From a virus, in the IMG/VR virus record IMGVR_UViG_3300029544_000195: a stretch of 64,000 nt of DNA; one strand, 5' to 3'. Of the stretch, positions 44,906-53,612 are shown in pieces; positions within the stretch are counted from its first letter, which is position 1, and every line of letters begins with the position of its first letter. The notes beneath the pieces are model-generated. The model was not told where the DNA came from. It saw only the letters and a program-made list of their open reading frames with translations, and searched no databases. The position numbers were made by a program, and so were the translations under genes.

Positions 44906-45502
44906 ATGTATAGAAGAAAATTCAATTCAGAATTATGGAAGAAAATTTTTGAAAACCATGTAGCTACTTTTACTGACTATGGAAACATTAAAGTATTGGA
45001 CTTCAAAGCGCCGGACACAAATATTTATCGAATCCGGTTTCTTTTTGAAGAGGATTATTGCCGCTTACATATTAGTGGTGATTTAGGTGAGCTGATTGCT
45101 GCAAATTTCGATAATATGACCTTCGACAAATTTTCTGATTATGTAAATAACATCAACTATTTCGAGGAAAAGATACTTTGTCATAGCAGACCGATTTTTA
45201 AATATGATATAGAAAAAGCCAAGGAACAGTTAAAAGAACTGGCAGAAAAAAATGATTGGTCGGGTTATTTATGTGTTGACTCAGATGAGCTTGATATCGT
45301 TATGGATGATATCTTGATGGGCTTTAATGATGAAAAAGGTATCGGAGACAAAGGATATGATTCGTTAGTTGAATTAGAAGAGGATGCATATAAATTTGTG
45401 AAAAATATTGGCCGAGAAGAGACCGATATTCTTGATATTTACATGCTCGCATTTAAACTGGCAAAGAAACAATTGAATAATAAAGGAGGTAATGAAGTAT
45501 GA
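44906..45502 (+). CDS. hypothetical protein (198 aa)
   Basis: AAAGGAGGA RBS. Confidence 0.45.
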   Translation: MYRRKFNSELWKKIFENHVATFTDYGNIKVLDFKAPDTNIYRIRFLFEEDYCRLHISGDLGELIAANFDNMTFDKFSDYVNNINYFEEKILCHSRPIFKYDIEKAKEQLKELAEKNDWSGYLCVDSDELDIVMDDILMGFNDEKGIGDKGYDSLVELEEDAYKFVKNIGREETDILDIYMLAFKLAKKQLNNKGGNEV

Positions 45503-45669
45503 ATTTTGCAAAAGTGATAGAAATAAATAAACAAGCGGATAAATTGATAAAAGAAATCAAAAAGGAAGATGATATGAGCGCACAACTTAAAATGGTAAAG
45601 CAGATTACAGATATTAATGTTTTACAAACAATAGTGAGAAAGGTATTGATTTTAAATGAAGGTAATTAG
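45499..45669 (+). CDS. hypothetical small protein (56 aa)
   Basis: AAAGGAGGT RBS. ATGA overlap with upstream gene. Confidence 0.3.
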   Translation: MNFAKVIEINKQADKLIKEIKKEDDMSAQLKMVKQITDINVLQTIVRKVLILNEGN

Positions 45670-45736
45670 TAATGGTCTTTAAATTAAAAAAAAAGAAATA
45701 TTCACTGTTTCATGCGAAATTAGAGGAGGTAAGAAA

Positions 45737-46180
45737 GTGATAGAATTTAGATTCAATGAAGATTTTGCAAATAACTGGAAGTCAGGTCAGATAGTTACTT
45801 GTGAAAAAAAAGAGGATAGTTATTTAATTGATAAAGTTGTACTTATTAAAAAGGACGAACTCCTGAAACATGGTGAATTTATCACAATGAATATTGAGAT
45901 TTTAGGACATATGGAATCAAATGGTGTAGATGATTTATTCATGTTTGATAGAGATTTTCAACCAGGAGATACAGTACAACATTTCAAAGGTGGTTTCTAT
46001 AAGATTGTTACCATTGGAATTAATACAGAAACAGAAGAAAAGATGGTTGTATATCAGAGCTTAAAGGATAAAAGAGTATGGATTAGACCATATGAAATGT
46101 TTATCAGTAAAGTGGATAGAGAGAAATATCCAAATACTTATCAGCCATATAGACTTATCAAAGTAAAGATTACTACTTAG
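45737..46180 (+). CDS. hypothetical protein (147 aa, GTG start)
   Basis: GAGGAGGT RBS. Confidence 0.4.
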   Translation: MIEFRFNEDFANNWKSGQIVTCEKKEDSYLIDKVVLIKKDELLKHGEFITMNIEILGHMESNGVDDLFMFDRDFQPGDTVQHFKGGFYKIVTIGINTETEEKMVVYQSLKDKRVWIRPYEMFISKVDREKYPNTYQPYRLIKVKITT

Positions 46181-46242
46181 TAATCAGTCTTGAACAATTC
46201 AGTTCAAAAGAAAAAAGGAATATTTAGAAGGAGGTAATTAAA

Positions 46243-46482
46243 ATGTCGTTAGGATTTGAGAGGATAAAAAGACGTAAGGGAGAAGAAACAATGACTAAGG
46301 AAGAAAAGAAAGGATTTACTAATGCAGATAGAATTCGACATATGACAGATAAAGAACTGGCGGATTTTATTGATTGCCCTTATATGAAAGACCCTTATGA
46401 TGAGTGCATTTATGGTTGGCATGAACATGATTGCGACAAATGCAAATTAGAATGGCTGCAATCAATTAGAAAGGAGCAGTAA
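46243..46482 (+). CDS. hypothetical protein (79 aa) with C/H cluster
   Basis: AGAAGGAGGT RBS. CPYMKDPYDECIYGWHEHDCDKC. Confidence 0.4.
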   Translation: MSLGFERIKRRKGEETMTKEEKKGFTNADRIRHMTDKELADFIDCPYMKDPYDECIYGWHEHDCDKCKLEWLQSIRKEQ

Positions 46483-46486
46483 GTTT

Positions 46487-46939
46487 ATGTATGATGTAAT
46501 GAATTTATCTGAGTACATAATTACAAAATGCATTAAGGAAAATCATCTTATCAACAGTATGCAGCTTCAATATATTTTGTATTATATTCAAAAGGCATTT
46601 TTGATTGAAAAAGGTAAACTTGCTTTTTCGGATGATATAAGAGTGAAAGCTTGGGGACCAGCTATTTCAAGTGTATATGACCGTTATTGCGGATATGGCA
46701 CTATGCCCATCTTCTTTTCGCCGGCAAAATATAACGTAGCGAAAGAAGATAAGCAATTAATTGACTCAATTGTAGAAAGTAAACGAGTTTTGACACCATG
46801 GGATTTAGCTGAAGAATTGCGCAGAAAAGATAAAGTATGGAAGCAAATTTACAAAAAAGGCTCCGGATTATTCAATAAAAGAATTCCGGTAAGCTTATTA
46901 AAAACTACAGGAGGGAGAAATATATGGAATATCAATTGA
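46487..46939 (+). CDS. Panacea-domain (DUF4065) antitoxin-like protein, paralog of 35085..35570
   Basis: MQLQYILYYIQKAFL...KAWGPAISSVYDRY matches the Panacea pattern. Confidence 0.5.
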   Translation: MYDVMNLSEYIITKCIKENHLINSMQLQYILYYIQKAFLIEKGKLAFSDDIRVKAWGPAISSVYDRYCGYGTMPIFFSPAKYNVAKEDKQLIDSIVESKRVLTPWDLAEELRRKDKVWKQIYKKGSGLFNKRIPVSLLKTTGGRNIWNIN

Positions 46940-47223
46940 ACAGACCCAGATTTGCAACTATTATTGATTTTTGTAATGGACTCGCCGCAGGCGAGAAATT
47001 AATAGTCTTTGAGTTTGGAAAACACTATGATTTAGTGTTACATATTTACAAAGATGAAGAATTTAATGCCTTAAAAGACGTGTACCATGCAAATTTAGTA
47101 AGAATTAGCACGGCTCAAAATGGAGAATGGGTTGATGATACAGAGGATGTGCATGTAACAGATGGTTCTTTATATAGGGAACTGCAACGAATTTACCATT
47201 ATCAAAATTTAAAAACATTATAG
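46924..47223 (+). CDS. hypothetical protein (99 aa), candidate toxin partner (16-nt overlap with Panacea gene)
   Basis: AGGAGGGAGA RBS inside the upstream gene. The overlap suggests translational coupling. Confidence 0.4.
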   Translation: MEYQLNRPRFATIIDFCNGLAAGEKLIVFEFGKHYDLVLHIYKDEEFNALKDVYHANLVRISTAQNGEWVDDTEDVHVTDGSLYRELQRIYHYQNLKTL

Positions 47224-47234
47224 GAGGACTAATT

Positions 47235-47522
47235 ATGCAGAAAAATAATATTATTGCAAACGCAAAAAAAGAGATTGAGAACTTTGAGGACAAATTGGGT
47301 GAGAATTTTTATGACGCTTTTTAGGAAGACGATAATCTTACCATTGATATGGCGAGAGGTATTTTACATGCCTTTTCTGATTGCAAAACAGAAAGAGAGT
47401 TCCAAGTCGCCAACAATATGCTTATAGGAGCATGTGGCTATAGTATCCAAACACTTATTGAACGAATCAAGGAATTGGACGAGGACCCGGAACATTGTTG
47501 GCGTTGGGAAAATGATTTTTAA
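47235..47522 (+). pseudogene. single reading frame interrupted by an in-frame TAG at 47322-47324 (29-aa N-part with strong RBS + 66-aa continuation without RBS)
   Basis: TAGGAGGA RBS before 47235. After the TAG, the same frame stays open to 47522 with no independent RBS. Confidence 0.35.
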
Positions 47523-47533
47523 TTTGATTTTGC

Positions 47534-47562
47534 AAAAGGCTCCCTTCGGGGGGCTTTTTTGT
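47534..47562 (+). terminator. rho-independent terminator
   Basis: AAGGCTCCCttcgGGGGGCTTttttg. Confidence 0.6.
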
Positions 47563-47581
47563 ATGATTTTTTAATTCTAAA

Positions 47582-47680
47582 CAGACATATTAAGAATATG
47601 AGAACAAATGAGCAATGACATGTGTAAGGAAAATTTTGCTCATAATATCGTTTTCGTTTCAATCCAAAACAGACATATTA
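47582..47680 (+). promoter_or_regulatory. tandem phage promoters in front of the tRNA island (simple copy 47582-47592; bipartite copy 47638-47680)
   Basis: TAAACAGACATATTAAGAAT, then GCTCATAATATCGTTTTCG...AAAACAGACATATTAGTAG. Confidence 0.5.
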
Positions 47681-47781
47681 GTAGTGTAAGGATGATTAAG
47701 AAAAACATTCTTACATGGAGAACACATTAAAGGAGGGCACATAGCGGAGAACACATTTTTGGAGAACACAGCCAGTAAAAT

Positions 47782-47855
47782 AGGGAGCTAACTCAGTTGG
47801 TTAGAGTGCCTGTCTTATACACAGTTGGTCGTGGGTTCGAGTCCCACGCTCCCCA
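47782..47855 (+). tRNA. tRNA-Ile (anticodon UAU), A1·C72 and C27·U43 mismatches
   Basis: D-arm ACTC/GAGT. Anticodon loop CTTATAC. T-arm GTGGG-TTCGAGT-CCCAC. Acceptor AGGGAGC/GCTCCCC. Confidence 0.5.
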
Positions 47856-47954
47856 TTTCTTAAAGTTTGCGGGAAACCTTCTTTCGTATGTTATTAAATG
47901 CAAAGAGAAGTTCTTTAAAGCCCGGAGTGATAACCGCAAACGCTTCGGGCAAAA

Positions 47955-48026
47955 GGAAGATTAGCTCAGTGGCAGAGCGTTCGGCTGTTAACCGAATGGT
48001 CATGGGTTCAAATCCCATATCTTCCT
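47955..48026 (+). tRNA. tRNA-Asn (anticodon GUU)
   Basis: Acceptor GGAAGAT/ATCTTCC. D-arm GCTCAGTGGCAGAGC. Anticodon stem TTCGG/CCGAA with loop CTGTTAA. T-arm ATGGG-TTCAAAT-CCCAT. Confidence 0.75.
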
Positions 48027-48161
48027 CTCCTTAATGCTTGCATGTATCGTGAAACATTTTTCCAATGTATCATGATATGCGTTTGGAACTAATAATCCAT
48101 CTCTTTCGGATAGTTTATTCTGTTATGTCAAGGCGGAAAAGCAAGCACCTTGACAAAACCT

Positions 48162-48233
48162 AGCGGTATCGCCAAGTGGTAAGGCACAGGACTTTGACCC
48201 CTGTATTCGTAGGTTCGAATCCTACTACTGCTG
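48162..48233 (+). tRNA. tRNA-Gln (anticodon UUG)
   Basis: Acceptor AGCGGTA/TACTGCT (one G-U). Anticodon loop CTTTGAC. T-arm GTAGG-TTCGAAT-CCTAC. Confidence 0.6.
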
Positions 48234-48269
48234 CTGTCCAAATATAATGGACATTACCAATACTTTGGT

Positions 48270-48397
48270 TCTGACGTTGGCATTTGCGGAAATGCATCGG
48301 GCGAGAAGAATAAGTTGCAAGAGTTTGTTTTTTTCCCATTTGAAACTTTCTTCATGAACTGCCCGAATTTGTAAGGTTCGAATCCTTACCGTCAGAT
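48270..48397 (+). ncRNA. tRNA-like element with a ~58-nt insertion replacing the anticodon loop
   Basis: Perfect 7-bp acceptor TCTGACG/CGTCAGA. D-arm GGCA...TGCA. Stem CGGGC/GCCCG encloses 58 nt. T-arm TAAGG-TTCGAAT-CCTTA. Confidence 0.35.
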
Positions 48398-48671
48398 TTG
48401 CGCTTCACTTTCTCTAGCGAGGGAGGATAGGAGCGCATAGGACAAACTTCCTGAAGCCGAAATGGTTTAACCAGTCGCAGGTTGGGTCTTGGCAAAAAAC
48501 TGTAACTGTAGAGAGCAAAACAAAGACATTGCGACCAGGTTTTTGCTGGCAGTTATAGACATCTTTAGTGATAACGAGAACTTGCAAAAAGCAAGTCGGG
48601 GAGTTTCAAAGATGTTATTGTTTTCCTTATTTTTTGGGTTGGCCCCCTCTCTTTTTGCGAGAGAGGGGAAT

Positions 48672-48742
48672 GGCGGCTTAGTCAAAAGGCAAGACAATAG
48701 GTTTTCATCCTATGAGTGTGGGTTCGAGTCCCGCAGCCGTCA
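48672..48742 (+). tRNA. tRNA-Glu (anticodon UUC)
   Basis: Acceptor GGCGGCT/AGCCGTC. Anticodon stem ATAGG/CCTAT with loop TTTTCAT. T-arm GTGGG-TTCGAGT-CCCGC. Confidence 0.7.
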
Positions 48743-49305
48743 TTTAAACATGATTATCTCAGTGAAGAAGGAGTTTTCAATCCTGCTGAGACGCATGGTA
48801 ATAAGTTGAATTAATTTGAGATATTGAATTGATTAACAACTTTTATTAAGAAGTGATTCTTGATATGGAGACAGAAACTGTCAACAACGCTGTGTGGTGT
48901 ATCATTATAAAGAGGTCAAAAGCAGAATCCTTGTGGCTGACATAATAGACGCCCGATGTTCGGGAATAATCCGTTGATGTGAGAGGTGTGAGAGACCACG
49001 GACTAAACGGAAATCTCAACAAGTCAGTTTGCCTTGAACCTGAGAAATCAGGGTATAACACAAGAAATTCGTTAAAGTAGCGGTATGGCAGAACTATTAA
49101 ATTTATCTTTTGCTTTATAGAGCAAATAGGAAAAAATAATATTCTCTGAAAGAACCGTGAAATTTGTGGGTATCATTCCCACCCGTGCTTAGACAGTGGT
49201 AAGAAGCCAAGGGTCGCTCCCGAACGCTCAGACTTATCATCACGGTGGCCGAATATGACTGAGTTTATAATGGATAAAGGGAAGCCTTAATCATGTTTAT
49301 TTTTT

Positions 49306-49393
49306 GCAGATATAAGCCTAATTGGTAAGGCAACGCTTTGCTAAAGCGTTAGTAACCGGCAACGGTGTATAGGTTCAAATCCTATTATCTGCG
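49306..49393 (+). tRNA. tRNA-Ser (anticodon GCU), class II with long variable arm
   Basis: Acceptor GCAGATA/TATCTGC. Anticodon stem ACGCT/AGCGT with loop TTGCTAA. Variable arm ACCGGCAACGGT. T-arm ATAGG-TTCAAAT-CCTAT. Confidence 0.75.
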
Positions 49394-49539
49394 TTTGCAT
49401 CACAATAGTGATGTAATAGACCGTTTTAATCTTAGATGGATAAAGATTGTAATGATTTGGCTGTTTTACCAGAACTTAGTTTAGAGCAAGGGGCGCTTCC
49501 GGAAGCGTAAGGTCTCTCTGAATCCATCCAATAACAAGT

Positions 49540-49648
49540 TGATGTGTGGCGGAAAGGAAGACGCAGGAAACCACAAGTACGATGCCAAAGTGAGCCGAAA
49601 GGATATGGACAAAGGCATCATGAGAGGTTCGATTCCTCTCCACATCAA
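49540..49648 (+). ncRNA. tRNA-like element (~109 nt) with expanded body
   Basis: Acceptor TGATGTG/CACATCA. T-arm GAGAGG-TTCGATT-CCTCTC. Internal GATGCC...GGCATC stem. No canonical anticodon arm identified. Confidence 0.3.
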
Positions 49649-49864
49649 GATTCCGGTTCATTACCGGATAAGGCAGGCGTTACGGTAGTCCCTGCTGAAA
49701 TAATTAAAATGCCTGCGTTGGAAGAATATCCAACGCGGGAAACCGTAGGAAATAATAACGAAAAGGAGGTCAAAGGTTTTATTCGTCCAATAATAAAATG
49801 GACAGAGTAACAATGAATTTTAAGAAAGGATAGCGAAAAAGTTTTCGCAAAAAAGGTGATTATT

Positions 49865-50953
49865 ATGGATGTAAATATTAGTATCGGTATGATTATTTTA
49901 GCAGTTATTGTTTTGGTTGTAATCGGTATTATTGTAAAAAATGTGCAGGTGGTTCCTCAATCTTCCTGTCGGATTATTGAACGATTAGGAAAATATAAGG
50001 CAACTTGGCAGGCCGGACTTCATGTAAAAGTCCCATTTATTGATAACGTAGTACGGTATATTACCTTAAAAGAGCAGGTTTTGGATTATCCGCCGCAGAA
50101 TGTTATCACAAAAGATAATGTAACAATGCAGATTGATTCGGTTGTTTATGCAACCATTTTTGACCCTAAGAAATTTACATATGGTGCAGAAGACCCATCT
50201 TCCGGATTACGAAATCTGACGGCAACAACACTTCGAAGCATCATCGGAGAAATGGAATTGGACGAAACGCTCTCGTCAAGAGAAGTTATTAACGGTAAAA
50301 TGCAGAAGATTTTGGATGAAGCAACGGATGCTTGGGGAATTTGCGTCAGTCGCGTAGAAATTAAAAATATTATTCCTCCGGCTGAAATCGAAGAAGTCAT
50401 GACAAAACAGATGCGTGCAGAACGCGAGCGAAGAGAGACATTACTCCAGGCTCAGGCACACAAAGAATCTGTAGTAGCAATGGCGGAAGGAGACCGTCAG
50501 GCTAAAGTGTTAGCCGCTGAAGCAGAAAAAGATGCTGCAATTGCACTGGCAGAAGGCAAGGCTAAGTCAATTAAACTTGTGTATGAGGCAGAGGCAGATG
50601 GTATTCGCATGTTGGCTAATTCGCAGATGAATGACAACGTGCTGCGTTTGAAATCCATTGAAGCAATGAAAGATGTTGCGGATGGACAGGCTACAAAAAT
50701 CTTTATCCCGACAGATTTAAGCCAAAGTATTGCTTCTATGGGAATTTTGGGGGACATGCTTGGTACGGCAGAGCAGAAAACGTCCGATGTATCAAGAGAG
50801 CAGTTGAGAGAAAGCCGGATTCAGGCGAAAACAAATGAGAAATTAGAAAAAGACTCTTGCGTATATGATTTAGAAACTAATGAAATCACACTAAAGGCTG
50901 CTGAATCAAATGCAAAAACATCGTCTGAGTTAAATGAAGATATTTCAAGATAG
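49865..50953 (+). CDS. SPFH/band-7 (stomatin/prohibitin/HflK-C-like) membrane protein
   Basis: N-terminal TM helix. IIERLGKYKATWQAGLHVKVPFID...VTKDNVTMQIDSVVYATI...LRSIIGEMELDETLSSRE fits the SPFH domain. C-terminal coiled-coil tail. Confidence 0.7.
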   Translation: MDVNISIGMIILAVIVLVVIGIIVKNVQVVPQSSCRIIERLGKYKATWQAGLHVKVPFIDNVVRYITLKEQVLDYPPQNVITKDNVTMQIDSVVYATIFDPKKFTYGAEDPSSGLRNLTATTLRSIIGEMELDETLSSREVINGKMQKILDEATDAWGICVSRVEIKNIIPPAEIEEVMTKQMRAERERRETLLQAQAHKESVVAMAEGDRQAKVLAAEAEKDAAIALAEGKAKSIKLVYEAEADGIRMLANSQMNDNVLRLKSIEAMKDVADGQATKIFIPTDLSQSIASMGILGDMLGTAEQKTSDVSREQLRESRIQAKTNEKLEKDSCVYDLETNEITLKAAESNAKTSSELNEDISR

Positions 50954-51174
50954 GAGGTGATTGTATGAATCGGATTAGAGACGAGACTAAAAACAACTCA
51001 TTATAACTTGTGAGTTAAAAAAACAGGATGGTCGCCATCTACTATGTAAAAATATGAGATAATTTTTCGTAAAGCGTTATTTGAAACGCAACGATGTATA
51101 GAGGAAAAAGATAAATCGTTCATAGATGGACGAATGTGGAATTCAACCTTGCATATGCAATACGTGACAGGCGT

Positions 51175-51248
51175 GGCGGTGGAGAGCGATTGGTAGCTCG
51201 CTTAGTGAAATACATTAAGAGGTGTCGGTTCGAGTCCGGCCAACGCCC
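51175..51248 (+). ncRNA. tRNA-like element with non-canonical anticodon arm (9-nt loop or 6-bp stem)
   Basis: Canonical D-arm GAGC-GATTGGTA-GCTC and T-arm GTCGG-TTCGAGT-CCGGC. Acceptor 6/7 bp. Anticodon region CTTAG-TGAAATACA-TTAAG. Confidence 0.3.
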
Positions 51249-51252
51249 TTTT

Positions 51253-51324
51253 GAAAGAGTAGTGTAAAGGTTAAGCGCAACAGTCGGCCACACTGTAGTT
51301 TCGGTTCGATTCCGGACTCTTTCA
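51253..51324 (+). tRNA. tRNA-Gly-like (anticodon GCC) with G33 instead of U33; possible pseudo-tRNA
   Basis: Acceptor GAAAGAG/CTCTTTC. Anticodon stem ACAGT/ACTGT with loop CGGCCAC. T-arm TTCGG-TTCGATT-CCGGA. Confidence 0.4.
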
Positions 51325-51542
51325 TTTTTCTGCTTAGACTATTTTGGTAATCTCGTACGATGAATAGTTGGAAAAACTGTAACTGTGACTAACTATATGA
51401 TAATTACGAGTAAGGCATATAGGCAGTTGCGTGTCTCGGAGTAATATGACAAAGTATTTGGTGACCGGATGCGAGCAGTTTTTAAGAGACATTAAAAAAG
51501 TATGCTAATTCCTGCTTAGGAGGGGAAAAGGAGGATGCGATA

Positions 51543-51707
51543 ATGGCACTAATTATTATAAGGAATGCATTATTTGTTATTTTTTTGGTTTTTTGTTCCT
51601 TGAATCTTTATTCATATAAAATTGATAGTGGCGAATTGCATGCATTTACAAGCCCCGCCGTAAAAATAGTAAGTGCTTTAATTCTTTTGGCTTTTGTGTA
51701 TTTATGA
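51543..51707 (+). CDS. small membrane protein (54 aa)
   Basis: AGGAGGGGAAAAGGAGGA RBS region. Two hydrophobic helices. Confidence 0.25.
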   Translation: MALIIIRNALFVIFLVFCSLNLYSYKIDSGELHAFTSPAVKIVSALILLAFVYL

Positions 51708-51840
51708 AAAGCAATGCAAAAGTTGCAATGAAAATTTTCGAAATTGGCAGTTGGGATGACAACATGAATTCCTTTGAATACGATTGTATGAATTCAGTAT
51801 GTTAATTCTCTTTTAAGAGGGAACGAGAGGATGTGAGCCA

Positions 51841-52014
51841 ATGATAAGTACAATAATTCCCTATTGTGTTTTTGGTGTTTGTGCCATTTATGGATACAAT
51901 ATAATTATACGACACGGAGACGCAGAAAAAGCCGTTAAAATAAATCAAATTACTATATTAGCAATATTTATTATTTTTTTAATAACTAAAGTGCTAAAGT
52001 ATTTTGGATTATAG
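51841..52014 (+). CDS. small membrane protein (57 aa)
   Basis: GAGAGGA upstream. Two hydrophobic helices. Confidence 0.2.
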   Translation: MISTIIPYCVFGVCAIYGYNIIIRHGDAEKAVKINQITILAIFIIFLITKVLKYFGL

Positions 52015-52073
52015 CTATGATTACGTCAATGTAGAGTTATTAATAAAAGAATATGAGATAGGAGGAATGAGAA

Positions 52074-52538
52074 ATGGATTTAGGAACAATATCAACAATA
52101 ATTTCAATAGTCGGAGCTGCTTTAGTACTAGTTGGTTTATTTATATCTTTCCCTTTAGAAAGCGAAGTTGGAATAATTTTTGTTATTAGTGGCTTTATTG
52201 CTTTACTTGTAGCTTTATTGATGTCATTGTTGACGACATCAACAGAAAAATATGATATATGTAGTGTGAAAACTCAATCAGAATATTCTTCTTGTTTCTT
52301 TTTAGGAACCGGCGGAATGGAAAAAGATGATTATTATTATTTTTATCGAATCAATGAAAAGGGCGGGAAATCTATTGACCGTGTTCCTATGCAGTGGGCT
52401 ACAGTTTACGATACATTAAGTAAATCAGAAACACCTCATATAATTATTAAAAAAAGAGGTGGCTCGATTGATAGCGCGGAATTGTATGTTCCTAAAGGAA
52501 CTGTAATTGATACATATGATATATCTTACCCAGAGTAA
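52074..52538 (+). CDS. membrane protein (154 aa); N-terminus paralogous to 33743..33907
   Basis: TAGGAGGA RBS. Two TM helices then a soluble domain. Confidence 0.45.
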   Translation: MDLGTISTIISIVGAALVLVGLFISFPLESEVGIIFVISGFIALLVALLMSLLTTSTEKYDICSVKTQSEYSSCFFLGTGGMEKDDYYYFYRINEKGGKSIDRVPMQWATVYDTLSKSETPHIIIKKRGGSIDSAELYVPKGTVIDTYDISYPE

Positions 52539-52730
52539 AAACGGCATATATGCAGGCTTTAAGCCTGCTGCCGGTAACGGTTGATTTTGCAATCGAATGG
52601 TGAGGGTGTTATACTACTCGCTAAAGCTTATATTTAATGAAATATAAGCACAAAAAATTACAAGTATTTAACTAAAAAGAGGCTAAGGCTTCTTTTTTTC
52701 TTATATATAGATTTTTTTATGATGAATTAA

Positions 52731-52741
52731 CAGACATATTA
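52731..52741 (+). promoter_or_regulatory. phage promoter motif
   Basis: TTAACAGACATATTAAATAT. Confidence 0.45.
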
Positions 52742-52787
52742 AATATATACAAAAAAATATAGAGAATGTAGAAAAGGAGGTACGCAA

Positions 52788-53561
52788 ATGGGTGTATATG
52801 TAACAGGAGATATTCACGGAATTCCAAACAGATTAAGTACAGATTATTTCCCTGAACAAAAACAATTTTCAGGAAACAAAGAAGAAAATATTGTTATTAT
52901 TTTGGGGGATTTTGGCTTTGTGTGGAATCGAAACGAAGAATCTAAACAGGAAAAATATTGGCTAAATTGGCTAGAAAATAAGCCTTTTACAACAGTTTTT
53001 GTAGACGGAAATCACGAATGCTTTCCTCTATTATATAATTATCCGGTAAAAGAATGGAATGGCGGTAAAGTACATGAAATTAGACCTCATGTATTGCATT
53101 TAATACGAGGAGAAATATTTACAATTGAAAATAAAAAATTCTTCTCTTTTGGCGGAGCAAGCAGCCACGATATTCAAGATGGTATTCTGGATTCAGAAGA
53201 CAAGAACTGGAAAAAGAAAGCAAAAGAATTAGACCGGCAATGTAAATATATGTATCGAGTAAAAGGATTATCATGGTGGCCGCAGGAATTACCTACGGAA
53301 GAGGAGATGCAGCATGGCCTAGATGTATTAAAAGAAAATGATAATACAGTAGACTATATTCTTTCTCACAGTCCATCAACATCTGAAATGTATCTTATGG
53401 GAGGTGTAGGCTTCTATGAAAAAGATGTTTTAACAAACTACTTAGATTGTGTTAAGGCATCAACTTATTATGGCAAGCATCTATTTGGACACATGCATGT
53501 AAATCACGCAATTAATGACAAAGATATTTGTTTGTATGACCAAATTGTCAGGATTTTGTAG
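52788..53561 (+). CDS. calcineurin-like metallophosphoesterase (Ser/Thr phosphatase-like)
   Basis: YVTGDIHG (motif I), IILGDFGF (GDxxDRG-like) and VDGNHE (GNHE) in canonical order. Confidence 0.65.
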   Translation: MGVYVTGDIHGIPNRLSTDYFPEQKQFSGNKEENIVIILGDFGFVWNRNEESKQEKYWLNWLENKPFTTVFVDGNHECFPLLYNYPVKEWNGGKVHEIRPHVLHLIRGEIFTIENKKFFSFGGASSHDIQDGILDSEDKNWKKKAKELDRQCKYMYRVKGLSWWPQELPTEEEMQHGLDVLKENDNTVDYILSHSPSTSEMYLMGGVGFYEKDVLTNYLDCVKASTYYGKHLFGHMHVNHAINDKDICLYDQIVRIL

Positions 53562-53578
53562 GAGAAAAAGAAATATAA

Positions 53579-53589
53579 CAGACATATTA
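53579..53589 (+). promoter_or_regulatory. phage promoter motif
   Basis: ATAACAGACATATTAAAAG. Confidence 0.45.
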
Positions 53590-53612
53590 AAAGTAGTAGA
53601 AAGGAGATTGTT

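Noticed and set aside
47325-47522. Separate 58-aa gene starting at ATG 47349
   Set aside because: No RBS, and it is in the same frame as the RBS-supported 47235 ORF just across a TAG. Treated as one interrupted frame (see finding).
48489-49810. Plus-strand ORFs 48489..48809 and 49544..49810 in the tRNA island
   Set aside because: They overlap tRNA-Glu(UUC) and the tRNA-like element respectively. Arg/Lys-rich translations of structured RNA sequence. No RBS.
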